From the NCBI GenBank assembly GCA_963794325.1, contig CAWCDG010000004.1, positions 160,001-224,000 on the forward strand: DNA of 64,000 bases, in the 5' to 3' direction. This stretch comes from an uncultured delta proteobacterium (GTDB lineage: Bacteria > Desulfobacterota > Binatia > Binatales > Binataceae). This document shows, in pieces, positions 47,631-56,366 of the stretch (within the stretch, counting starts at the first letter, position 1; each line of letters opens with the position of its first letter). The translations under genes and the position numbers were made by a program. Below the pieces are notes generated by a model. The model ran no database searches. It had not been told where the DNA came from and worked only from the letters and a program-made list of their open reading frames with translations.

Positions 47631-50078
47631 CTATCTGGTTACTTTCACCTGCACCGAGGTCGTGTGGTGCAGCGGCCCGCTGTCACCCGCGATCGTAAGC
47701 GTAAAGATTTTGCCGGCTCCCTTCTTCGTGCGCAACTTCAACGTGCTGTTAGCAGTCGCCGGGTTTGGCGCAAACGTCGCCGTGCTCCCGGTCGGGGTAC
47801 CGCTGACGCTCAAAGTAACTGAACCCGCAAATCCGTTCAGAGAGGTCACTGTCACCGCATAGGTCGCGGTCTTTTTGCGGCGAACTTTCTCGGACGCCGG
47901 CGATGCCGATAGCGCGAAGTCGGGACTCGGGGTTGGGGTCGGTGTAGGCGTTGCCGTCTCGGTCGCGGTGGCCGTAGGGCTAGCGGTACTCGAGGCAGTC
48001 GCAGTTGGCGTGGCGGTCGCAGTCGGCGGCGAGGTAGCCGATGCGGTCGGTGTAGCTGTCGCAGTCTGCGTAGCGGTCGCGGTTTGAGTGACGGTGGCTG
48101 TCACCGTTGGCGTCGTCGTCGCGGTCTGAGTCGCCGTCGCAGTTGGTGTTGAGGTCGCCGTCCGAGTCGCGGTCGCTGTAGCAGTTGGGGTTGAGGTCGC
48201 CGTGGATGTTGCAGTTGGGGTTGCGGTGAGCGTCGCAGTTGGGGTCGCCGTGGCTGTTTGAGTCGCGGTCGAGGTCGGCGTCGCTGTCGTTGTGGCCGTT
48301 GAGGTCGCAGTGGAAGTTGCGGTTGGCGTCGCTGTACTCGTCCCGGTGGCCGTCGTAGTCGATGTCGCTGTAGCGGTTTGAGTCGCGGTGGCTGTTGGGG
48401 TCGCCGTTAGACTTGAGGTCGCCGTCACTGTCGGTGTTAACGTTGCTGTTTGAGTCGCGGTGGCTGTCGGCGTCTGCGTTGGCGTCGCGGTATTGGTCGC
48501 CGTTGCGGTCGCGGTTGGCGTCACGGTCGCGGTTAACGTGGCTGTGGCCGTCGCTGTTTGAGTCCCAGTGGCGGTCGCCGTCTGACTTGGCGTCGCGGTG
48601 GCGGTCGCAGTTGGAGTTAGCGTAGCGGTCGCGGTCAACGTGGCGGTCGCCGTCGCGGTATGAGTCGCAGTGGCTGTCGTCGTCGCTGTTGGTGTGGCCG
48701 TCGCTGTTTGGGTCGCAGTGGCGGTCGCCGTCTGAGTTGGCGTCGCGGTATTGGTCGCCGTTGCGGTCGCAGTTGGCGTAACGGTCTCGGTCAGCGTGGC
48801 GGTGGCCGTCGCTGTATGCGTCGCGGTGGCCGTCGCCGTCTGAGTTGGCGTCGCGGTATTGGTCGGGGTTGCGCTCGCGGTTGGCGTGACGGTCGCGGTC
48901 AGCGTGGCGGTGGCCGTTGCGGTATGCGTCGCAGTAGCCGTCGCCGTCCGAGTTGACGTCGCGGTATTGGTCGCCGTTGCGGTCGCAGTTGGAGTCCGGG
49001 TGGCGGTCGGTGTCGCGGTACGGGTCGCCGTATGCGTGGGAGTCGGGGTCGACGACGCGGTAACGATGCAAGCGTTGGCGTAGTTCGAGAACTCCTTTTG
49101 GACAGTGTAGGTCTGACCGTCTCCGCCGAGGATGCTGCCCTGCTGCGCGTTGCAGATATCGCCGATCTCGCCGTTGTTGTTGTCGTACCAGGCCAGTGGC
49201 GGCGCGAGGGCGCCCGCCAGCCCTACTTCGCAGTCAGTGATTGTCTCGGTCATCTCGTGCGAGGCGACCGAGGTGTAATTCCCGAAGACGGTACTGCCGC
49301 CGCATCCAGTGGCGCAGCCCGACCCGGTCTGCATGTCGGGATGGACGCCGTAATAAATCTCGCCGATTGAACCGCCGGCGTCGATCGTGCCGTGGTAGGC
49401 GCAGAAGCCGCCTGCAACGCAGGACTCCGATCCCCCCAAGGTGATAACCGTCCCGTGGGGGAAAAAGATCGCATAGTAGGTGTTATTGTTGCCGGCCGCG
49501 TCGGCCGTGGGGGCGGGTATGTGGCCGGCGTTAATCTGGTTCACCAACTCGGTCTGGATGGCGGTGTCGTCGATCGGGTTGGATTTGTCCGTAGGCGTGA
49601 TAGCGACTTGCACCGAGAAAGAGCCGTGGCCGATGGTCTGGTTGGTCCCCTCGCTGCCGCCGTGGTCGATAATGTCGGTGTTGTACTCGGTCAGCCAATC
49701 CACGTAGGCGCTGTTCAATACTTCTTCGTAAAAGGTCGCCATGCTCGGCGTGGAGGTGTTGACGACCTGCGATAGAAATTCGCCGTTGTTGCCGCCCGCG
49801 CCGCCAGTTCCCCACAGCACCTGAACCACTTGAAGGTTGGAGACGACCCGGCCGCCGTAGTAGGTGAGATGAGCGCCGCCCGGCGCCGCCGCTTTGAGAC
49901 TACCGACCCGCCGGATCGGCAGCGCGTTGGGACCTCCAACCAGCAGCGGATTGCTATTGGCGCCCGACGCCGCGGAGGCAATCGTCAGCATCGCCAGCAG
50001 GACCATCGCGCTGCGCAACGTCGAGAGCCATCGATGCTCTCGCGCAGACCGCGATCGGCTCACCCTCGCGTGTCTCAC
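47631..50078 (-). CDS. Secreted Phi-1/EXORDIUM-like domain protein with Thr/Ala/Pro stalk and C-terminal Ig-like domain
   Basis: Signal peptide; [30 protein letters not shown]; long TAT(P)T tract; DFALSASP. Confidence 0.75.
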   Translation of the reverse strand: MRHARVSRSRSAREHRWLSTLRSAMVLLAMLTIASAASGANSNPLLVGGPNALPIRRVGSLKAAAPGGAHLTYYGGRVVSNLQVVQVLWGTGGAGGNNGEFLSQVVNTSTPSMATFYEEVLNSAYVDWLTEYNTDIIDHGGSEGTNQTIGHGSFSVQVAITPTDKSNPIDDTAIQTELVNQINAGHIPAPTADAAGNNNTYYAIFFPHGTVITLGGSESCVAGGFCAYHGTIDAGGSIGEIYYGVHPDMQTGSGCATGCGGSTVFGNYTSVASHEMTETITDCEVGLAGALAPPLAWYDNNNGEIGDICNAQQGSILGGDGQTYTVQKEFSNYANACIVTASSTPTPTHTATRTATPTATRTPTATATATNTATSTRTATATATHTATATATLTATVTPTASATPTNTATPTQTATATATHTATATATLTETVTPTATATATNTATPTQTATATATQTATATPTATTTATATHTATATATLTATATLTPTATATATPSQTATATGTQTATATATLTATVTPTATATATNTATPTQTPTATATQTATLTPTVTATSSLTATPTATATQTATATSTTTATGTSTATPTATSTATSTATTTATPTSTATQTATATPTATLTATPTATSTATSTPTATATATRTATSTPTATATQTATTTPTVTATVTQTATATQTATATPTASATSPPTATATPTATASSTASPTATATETATPTPTPTPSPDFALSASPASEKVRRKKTATYAVTVTSLNGFAGSVTLSVSGTPTGSTATFAPNPATANSTLKLRTKKGAGKIFTLTIAGDSGPLHHTTSVQVKVTR
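47925..49050 (-). repeat. Coding low-complexity repeat (TATPT)n with 108-bp higher-order units
   Basis: TC(T/C)GAGTTG(G/A)CGTCGCGGTATTGGTC recurs at 48731, 48839 and 48947. Confidence 0.85.
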
Positions 50079-50288
50079 TACGGTATTTCCGGTCTATCTA
50101 AAATCAGGCTTTAACTCTCTGCCCCGCAACTGCGGCAATGATTTTCACATTTCCGTTGATGAGCGGTCCAGCCCATATGAGCTGATAACCTCAGAAATTC
50201 AGGCAGTGCCTGTCCCGAGTAGTTCCAAGGCGTTCGAGGAAGGCTAAGAACGTCGCGGATGCGTCGGATTCTCGCGCAATGGGCGGCG

Positions 50289-51056
50289 TCAGCCGATGCG
50301 GACGCTGGCGCCGATCAGACGGAGCCCCAGCCGGGCGGCGACGCGCTGCGATGATCGGTTGGATTGGCTGGTGCTGTAGAAAAGCGCGCGCTGATTGAGA
50401 GATCGCATCGATGACCAAGCGGCCGTGACCGCCGCCGCAAGTCCACGGCTTCGATATTTCGGAAATGTGTAGACGCCGACCTCTGCTCCTCTGACTCCAA
50501 GGCGAGCCGCGAACGCCATCGACGCGATGTCGGCGCCGACGAGCGCGACGCACCATGGCTCCCAGAAGTCCCCTACCCGCTTGAAGCCCGCGGTCCGCAT
50601 GTAATCCGGCATCCCGCGATCCGCGAGACGCGCCAACAATTGACGGCCTTGTTCGGAGTCGCCTCGGACGATCGCGGCGGGATGTTGGTATTTCAGTCCG
50701 TTCGGAATTTTATAGATGAGAGCCGACGAGGTTGCGGCGGGCTGGCCGTCAGACAGCAACTCGACCATCATTGCCAAGCACGCCGGCGGCGCGGCGGGAT
50801 CGCTCGATGGAGGCTCCTTTGCGGCGACCTCGACTATGCGCTCCGCGATGCGATCGTCAACGTCGTAGCGAACGCGGGTAAGGTTACCGAACGGGCATCC
50901 GGCGAAGAACGCGCGCGGCCCCGACGAGCGATCCGGATCGTTCTCGCGCTCGATGCGCCCCGACGCCGACATGACGAACATCGTGTCGATATCGACGTGG
51001 AGCAGCCGCAGGTCTTCAGCAATCACGGCGCTGGAAATGGGCTCCGTCACATTCAC
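50289..51056 (-). CDS. GNAT-family acetyltransferase
   Basis: AEVGVYTFPKYRSRGLA acetyl-CoA motif; NRSSQRVAARLG. Confidence 0.75.
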   Translation of the reverse strand: MNVTEPISSAVIAEDLRLLHVDIDTMFVMSASGRIERENDPDRSSGPRAFFAGCPFGNLTRVRYDVDDRIAERIVEVAAKEPPSSDPAAPPACLAMMVELLSDGQPAATSSALIYKIPNGLKYQHPAAIVRGDSEQGRQLLARLADRGMPDYMRTAGFKRVGDFWEPWCVALVGADIASMAFAARLGVRGAEVGVYTFPKYRSRGLAAAVTAAWSSMRSLNQRALFYSTSQSNRSSQRVAARLGLRLIGASVRIG

Positions 51057-51150
51057 AAGGTAAAGGCGGGCTGGTTTGACGATCAAGCTGACGGACGGCC
51101 CTCCCACTGTGTGGATTCGGGGTTGCGATGCGGGTTAAGATGCCCATTCA

Positions 51151-51399
51151 GTGATGGATCCGAAGGAAATCGAGACGATGATTGCGCGCGGGATTCCCGA
51201 TGCGCAGGTCGAGGTGCGCGACTACACCGGCGGCGGAGACCATTTCGAAGCCGTGGTGGTCAGCGCGAGTTTCGAGGGCAAGGGTCTAATCGAACGGCAT
51301 CAACTGGTGTATAAGGCGCTGGGCGACGCGATGCGCGCGCAGGTGCATGCGCTGACTCTCAAGACCTTGACGCCGGCGCAAAATCAGAACCGCAGATAG
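51151..51399 (+). CDS. bolA: BolA/IbaG family protein
   Basis: DHFEAVVVS.SFEGK..IERHQLVY, VHAL. Confidence 0.92.
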   Translation: MMDPKEIETMIARGIPDAQVEVRDYTGGGDHFEAVVVSASFEGKGLIERHQLVYKALGDAMRAQVHALTLKTLTPAQNQNRR

Positions 51400-51410
51400 A
51401 GGAAATAACA

Positions 51411-51743
51411 ATGGCGGACATAATCGAAAAGATCGAAGCGGCAGTCAAAGAAAACAAGATCATGATCTTCATGAAGGGTAACCGCAGCTTTCCGCAGTGC
51501 GGATTCTCGGCGGCGACCGTCGCGATTTTCGACGAGATCGGCGAGCCGTACGCGACCGCCGACGTGCTGAGCGATCCGGAACTGCGCGACGCGATCAAGC
51601 AATACAGCAACTGGCCGACGATTCCGCAGGTATATGTCGACGGCAAGTTCGTCGGCGGCTGCGACATCATTCGCGAGATGCACGAGTCGGGCGAGCTCGA
51701 GCCGCTGGTGAAAGCGGCGGTGGGAGCATCGGCGCAGCAGTAG
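51411..51743 (+). CDS. grxD: Monothiol glutaredoxin (Grx4)
   Basis: FMKG, PQCGFS, WPTIPQ, GGCDI. Confidence 0.95.
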   Translation: MADIIEKIEAAVKENKIMIFMKGNRSFPQCGFSAATVAIFDEIGEPYATADVLSDPELRDAIKQYSNWPTIPQVYVDGKFVGGCDIIREMHESGELEPLVKAAVGASAQQ

Positions 51744-51758
51744 ATCGCGGCGTTCCAG

Positions 51759-51801
51759 GCAACCTAACCCCTAACCCCTTCCCGAGCGGGAAGGGGAACC
51801 G
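51759..51801. repeat. Family A copy, identical to 53600-53642
   Basis: GCAACCTAACCCCTAACCCCTTCCCGAGCGGGAAGGGGAACCG. Confidence 0.9.
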
Positions 51802-51871
51802 GATAAAGGAAAGACCCTTCCCTCGTCGAGGGAAGGGGAATAATCGAGCGGATCGATCGCGGAGGATATCC

Positions 51872-52762
51872 ATGCTCACCGAACAGGAACGTTCGTTTCT
51901 CGAGGCGATGGCCAAGGCTCCGATGCCCACCGATGTCCAGGGGCTGCGAACGCTGATGGATACGTTCGCGCCGATGATGAATCAGAATCTTCCCGAGATT
52001 GGCGCGCTGCATGAGGCTGTGGAAATTCGGCCGAGTCTCACCGCCGATGTGGCGGTGCCGAAGGGGAAAGGGCCGTTTCCGGTAGTCGTGTATCTGCACG
52101 GCGGAGGATGGGTCGGCGGCAGTTCGAAATCGCATCGCAAACTCGGCATGCAATTCGCCGAGGCGGGTTATCTGACGATCAACGTCGATTATCGCCTCGC
52201 GCCCGAGCATCCGTTTCCCGCCGGCCTCGACGACTGCGTGCGTGCGGTGAAGTGGGCCGGGGAAAACGCAAAGCGATGGGACGGCGATGCGTCGCGGCTG
52301 GCGGTTGGCGGCGATTCTGCCGGCGGCAATCTCACTGCGGCGACAGTCACGTCGCTCGCATCGGAGAAATACGCGGGTCCGGGGAAGCCGAAGGCTGCGC
52401 TTTTGATCTACGGGTTGTTCGATTTTCCCGCGCAGATGAAACGCGACGGCGCCGCAGCGTTCGACGGAATGATCAAGGCGTACGCGGGCGCGGGATATCC
52501 CGCGATTCTGGAGGATCCGCGAGTCAGCCCGCTGCGCGGGGTGAAGCCGGGCGCGATGCCGCCGAGCTTCCTTATATGCGGCACCGCGGACACTCTGCTG
52601 CCGGAGACGCACTCGATGGCCGATGCGCTCAAGCGCGCCGACATCAGGCACGAAGTCGCGATCTTCGACGACATGCCGCACGGCTTCCTGCAGATGGACG
52701 TGCTGTCGGGATGCAAGCAGGGACTCGACAAGATGTTCGATTTTCTGCGTCGCACGATTTAG
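51872..52762 (+). CDS. Alpha/beta hydrolase (HSL-family esterase)
   Basis: GGAGG RBS; HGGGW, DYRLAPE, GDSAGG, HGF. Confidence 0.92.
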   Translation: MLTEQERSFLEAMAKAPMPTDVQGLRTLMDTFAPMMNQNLPEIGALHEAVEIRPSLTADVAVPKGKGPFPVVVYLHGGGWVGGSSKSHRKLGMQFAEAGYLTINVDYRLAPEHPFPAGLDDCVRAVKWAGENAKRWDGDASRLAVGGDSAGGNLTAATVTSLASEKYAGPGKPKAALLIYGLFDFPAQMKRDGAAAFDGMIKAYAGAGYPAILEDPRVSPLRGVKPGAMPPSFLICGTADTLLPETHSMADALKRADIRHEVAIFDDMPHGFLQMDVLSGCKQGLDKMFDFLRRTI

Positions 52763-52794
52763 CGCTCAAGCCCGTTCAGCCGGGGAGAACTGCG

Positions 52795-53409
52795 ATGGCC
52801 TGGATAAAGACTGTCGGCGAAGATCAGGCGGTCGGGCGGCTCGCGGAAATCTACCAGAAGTATCGCGGGCGCAACGGCATGGTGCCCAACATCATGCAGG
52901 CGTTCAGTCTCAAGCCTGAGCTGGTCGGCGCGGTGGCGCACACTTTCCAGGTCGCGACGTTCGGCGGATCGAAGCTGACGCGGGTGCAGGAAGAGATGAT
53001 CGCGACGGTCGTCTCGTCGATCAACCGCTGCCACTACTGAACCAACGCGCACGCGGAGGTTCTCCGCGTCCATAGTAACGGCGATAACGACTTGGTTGCG
53101 CACGTCAAGCACGACTGGCGCACGGCTCCGCTGTCGGAGGCGGACAAAGCGATGCTCGCCTACGCGGAAAAGATCACGATGAATCCGTCGTCGATGACGC
53201 TGGACGACCTGAACTGCCTGCGCGCGCATTTCAGCGAAGAGCAGACGCTGGATATCGTGGTGATCGCGAGCCTGTTCAACTTTATCGATCGAATCGCGGA
53301 CGGTCTCGGCGTCGAGCTCGATTCGGTGCTGAAGGAGATGGCGGCGAGGTCGCCGGATGGCGAGGCGCTGACGGAGGTTGCTGCATCGATGCGGGGGAAG
53401 AAGAAGTAG
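52795..53409 (+). CDS. AhpD/CMD-family peroxidase-related selenoprotein (CxxU; TGA at 53038-53040)
   Basis: EMIATVVSSINRCHY-TGA-TNAH continues in frame into DWRTAPLS...FNFIDRIADGLG; SECIS-like hairpin follows. Confidence 0.88.
53051..53069 (+). promoter_or_regulatory. Candidate bacterial SECIS element
   Basis: ACGCGGAG-GTT-CTCCGCGT perfect stem starting at the 11th nt after UGA, with GU in the apical loop. Confidence 0.8.
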
Positions 53410-53599
53410 GAAGGCTGCTCATCATCCTGACGAAGCGAGGAGACGAGCCTCATGTGTCATCCTGACAGAGCGAGCACCGCGAGCGGCAGGAAATGGCTGC
53501 TGGCCTCCGGACAGCTTCGCGCAAGCGAAGCCGGTTCCGGTTTCTGAGATCGCGCAGCGCCCCTTGTTTATGACGGCGCGGACGTCGCGAACAATGCAA

Positions 53600-53642
53600 G
53601 CAACCTAACCCCTAACCCCTTCCCGAGCGGGAAGGGGAACCG
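53600..53642. repeat. Family A copy, identical to 51759-51801
   Basis: 43/43 match, same orientation. Confidence 0.9.
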
Positions 53643-53662
53643 AAAAAAATTGAAAGGGGAAT

Positions 53663-54256
53663 TTACCAGAAGCGGATGCGGCCGGTATCTACGTGGACGA
53701 AGTCGCTCTTGGGATAGTAGCCGACGCCGCCGGAACGTTGCGCTAGCGCGGCGCCGCGGAGCTGTTCGAGGCTTCGTCCTTTCAGCGTGATGTCGATAGC
53801 CTTGCCCTCGAGGTGGAGACTGTGGACCGCGACGCCTTCGCTGTTCGCATGGAGCATCGCATTGGTCACGGGCGAGCGGTATCCGGAAATCACCTGGAAC
53901 GGCTCGTTGACGCCTAGCCGGTGCTGGATGCGGGTCAGCAAATCGAGCAGCGCGGGATCGATCGGTTTTACTTCGTTGGCGCGGAAGTCGCGCAGGATGT
54001 AGTTGACCCGATCGAGTTCGCCGGGAATGTAGCGGCCATTCTCCCAGTACGTCGTGGTCAGGCTTTCGCCGGTATGCAGAGCGTAGAACTTGAGCGAGCG
54101 GCGTCGAAGCTGGACTGTCGTGCGGGCCATCGCGATCGCGGGCACAACCAGTTGTGCCGCGGCAATCGCGCTAATGCGGAGGAACCGCCGCCGCGATAAG
54201 TCCGCGGGACGCGTGGATTGCGACTGTGACTGCTCCCTCAACTTTCGTCGCCGCAA
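53663..54256 (-). CDS. mepK: YcbK/MepK peptidase M15 with Tat signal
   Basis: SRRRFL, HTGE, ISGYRSP.TN, SLHLEGKAID, FVHVDTG. Confidence 0.9.
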   Translation of the reverse strand: MRRRKLREQSQSQSTRPADLSRRRFLRISAIAAAQLVVPAIAMARTTVQLRRRSLKFYALHTGESLTTTYWENGRYIPGELDRVNYILRDFRANEVKPIDPALLDLLTRIQHRLGVNEPFQVISGYRSPVTNAMLHANSEGVAVHSLHLEGKAIDITLKGRSLEQLRGAALAQRSGGVGYYPKSDFVHVDTGRIRFW

Positions 54257-55199
54257 TATTGCTTGCTGGCGTTCCCCCTGCGCGCTCGGTCATGGCCGTC
54301 ACGTCGCGCGCGATGCCTTCCTGAGCGTCTAAAACTTCTCCGGCCCGAGGCCAGTTGATCAGAGTATCAATCCCACCGGTCCGCGCAAGAGCCCTTACCG
54401 CGTCGATGCCGCCGGTACCTTTCCGGTAAATGTCCTTGTCGCTCTCGAGAAAGACGTGGCCATCGTCGAGTTTCGCCAGCATCACAGGGTAATAGGCGAT
54501 TATGCCGGGGTCATTCAGATCGACATCATCGAACAGCGCCTCGATGTCGTCGGGATGCAGCCGCACGCATCCGTGGGTTCGGTAGCTGTACACACTCCAG
54601 GGGTGATTGGTTCCGTGAATCCCGATAATCGGGAAGCTCAGCCCGATCCAGAATTTGCCGAGCGGATTGTCGGGACCGGGTTCGATTTCGTCGACGACAT
54701 CCTTGCCCGCTTCTTCTTCCTCGCGCTGAATCGACGCGGGCACACGCCAGGTCGGATCCTCGCGCATCTGGATCACACTGAAGGGACCGGTGGGTGTCTG
54801 CCACTGTCGGGACGGTTGTCCAATCGCGACCGGATACGCACCGACGAGCCGGCCGTCCTCGAAATGAAACAGCATCCGCTGGGGCAGGTTGACCTCGATC
54901 AAGTCGGCGCCCTCGATTGGAACGATATGGCGATTATCGACGTGAATCGTTTCGCCTGGAGTCAGCCGGTCGTTAACCTGTTTGCCATTCTCGGCGGCCA
55001 GAACTTTCGGACTCTCGCCAAATCGCGAGCCGATCCTCGTAATAGTGGTGTCCCAGGCGATGAAATCGAATTGGCCGCCTGCGATCCGATGCGAAATCGG
55101 CGGGAGCGACGCGATCGGATCGGCGGCGCTGGCGGCGGGTGCGACTGAGAGAAATACCAAAACAATCACGCTACTCAGTTTTGGAATCCAACTCGTCAC
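54171..55199 (-). CDS. L,D-transpeptidase (ErfK/YbiS-like)
   Basis: VNLPQRML, YPVAIG, PGPDNPLG, IGIHGTN, THGCVRL. Confidence 0.9.
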   Translation of the reverse strand: MTSWIPKLSSVIVLVFLSVAPAASAADPIASLPPISHRIAGGQFDFIAWDTTITRIGSRFGESPKVLAAENGKQVNDRLTPGETIHVDNRHIVPIEGADLIEVNLPQRMLFHFEDGRLVGAYPVAIGQPSRQWQTPTGPFSVIQMREDPTWRVPASIQREEEEAGKDVVDEIEPGPDNPLGKFWIGLSFPIIGIHGTNHPWSVYSYRTHGCVRLHPDDIEALFDDVDLNDPGIIAYYPVMLAKLDDGHVFLESDKDIYRKGTGGIDAVRALARTGGIDTLINWPRAGEVLDAQEGIARDVTAMTERAGGTPASNIAATKVEGAVTVAIHASRGLIAAAVPPH

Positions 55200-55301
55200 A
55201 CTTCAATTGTGACGAATTTTAGAAATCGGCACTAATCGGTTTCGTGCCGAAGCGGTCTTACCGGGACGCTAATGTCGGATATATGTTGCGAGCGACGATT
55301 T

Positions 55302-55377
55302 GTGGCACAGGCTTTAGCCTGTGATTCTTTCCTGGATTTGCATGGACCAGAAAATCACAGGCTGAAGCCTGTGCCAC
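55302..55377. repeat. REP family C inverted doublet (REPIN-like)
   Basis: GTGGCACAGGCTTTAGCCTGTG ... CACAGGCTGAAGCCTGTGCCAC. Confidence 0.85.
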
Positions 55378-55381
55378 CACC

Positions 55382-56188
55382 CTACTTCCCGATTTTCTTG
55401 AGCGCCTGCTCGACGCCGGGCATCCGCTTGGGCAGCTCCTTGCCCTGCATCCTCTGCAGAATGCCGCCCATGCCGAGCACCATGTGATGCGAATGGGCGT
55501 TGCGAATCGAGGTGCTGAAGCCCATCGCGTCCTGCGCGGAATTGACCGCCCATTTGACCATCCGCAGCGTAAAGCGGTCGCTCTCGGCGATTCGATTCGC
55601 GAGCGCCATCGTTTCGGTTTCGAGATCGGCGCGTGGCACGACCAGGTTGACGAAGCCGAGGCGGGCGGCCTCGTCGGCATCGATGAAGCGGCTCTGGAAC
55701 AGAATTTCCTTGGCCTTGCGCGGCGGCATGTCCCACGGAATCGAAAAGTACTGCAAGAGCGAGGGCAGGAACTTGGCGTCGTCAGACGCGACGACCAGAT
55801 CCATCGCGGCCGCGAACATCCAGCCGCCGAAGATGCATAGCCCCTGGACTTGCGCGATCGTCGGCTTGTCGAGATCGCGCCATCGCAGCGTGTTGTCGAG
55901 GAACATCTCGCGCGAGCGGGCGTATTCACCGCGGACGCCCTTGGGAAACGGGCGGAGCTGCTGGTCCTCTTTTTCCTCGGGCGTGCCGAGGTCGTGACCT
56001 GAACAGAAATTCTCGCCGGCGCCGGAAAGAATGATCACGCGGACGTCGTCGTCGGCGTTGGCCTCGGCGAAGGCGGCGTCCATTTCCTCGAGCAGGCGGC
56101 GCGATTGCGCGTTCTTGTAGCGCGGCCGGTTGAGGATGACCTTGGCGATGCGGTCGTGCTTTTCGTAGAGAACTGGTTTTTCTTCCAT
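55382..56188 (-). CDS. Enoyl-CoA hydratase/isomerase family protein
   Basis: LNRPRYKNA, FCSGHDL, KPTIAQVQG.C.FGG. Confidence 0.88.
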   Translation of the reverse strand: MEEKPVLYEKHDRIAKVILNRPRYKNAQSRRLLEEMDAAFAEANADDDVRVIILSGAGENFCSGHDLGTPEEKEDQQLRPFPKGVRGEYARSREMFLDNTLRWRDLDKPTIAQVQGLCIFGGWMFAAAMDLVVASDDAKFLPSLLQYFSIPWDMPPRKAKEILFQSRFIDADEAARLGFVNLVVPRADLETETMALANRIAESDRFTLRMVKWAVNSAQDAMGFSTSIRNAHSHHMVLGMGGILQRMQGKELPKRMPGVEQALKKIGK

Positions 56189-56228
56189 GGTGGTTGCGTC
56201 CTGACGGAGAGTGTCGAGATTGATTGCG

Positions 56229-56267
56229 ACCTGACCCCTAACCCATTCCCATAGTGGGAAGGGGGAC
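56229..56267. repeat. Family A degenerate copy
   Basis: ACCTGACCCCTAACCCATTCCC-ATAGT-GGGAAGGGG. Confidence 0.7.
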
Positions 56268-56366
56268 AAAAGTAAAAGCGATTGTTGCTGCCGCACGGCG
56301 GGGGTTGCCTGACATTCGGCGGGTTGGGTACGGTCGGGATTATCCTGGCCAAGGCGGTGCGAAATC

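Noticed and set aside
47925-49050. Possible CRISPR array or satellite
   Set aside because: Degenerate in-frame Thr/Ala/Pro codons, with no constant repeat-unique spacer pattern
51497-51871. N-terminal extensions in the track for the esterase, crotonase, ADH and CoA-transferase ORFs
   Set aside because: They run through neighbouring genes or REP repeats, and downstream starts match the domain boundaries
53663-55199. L,D-transpeptidase-mepK pairing with an 86-nt overlap
   Set aside because: The pairing is known (E. coli ldtD-mepK), and the overlap depends on an uncertain start and a dispensable-looking tail
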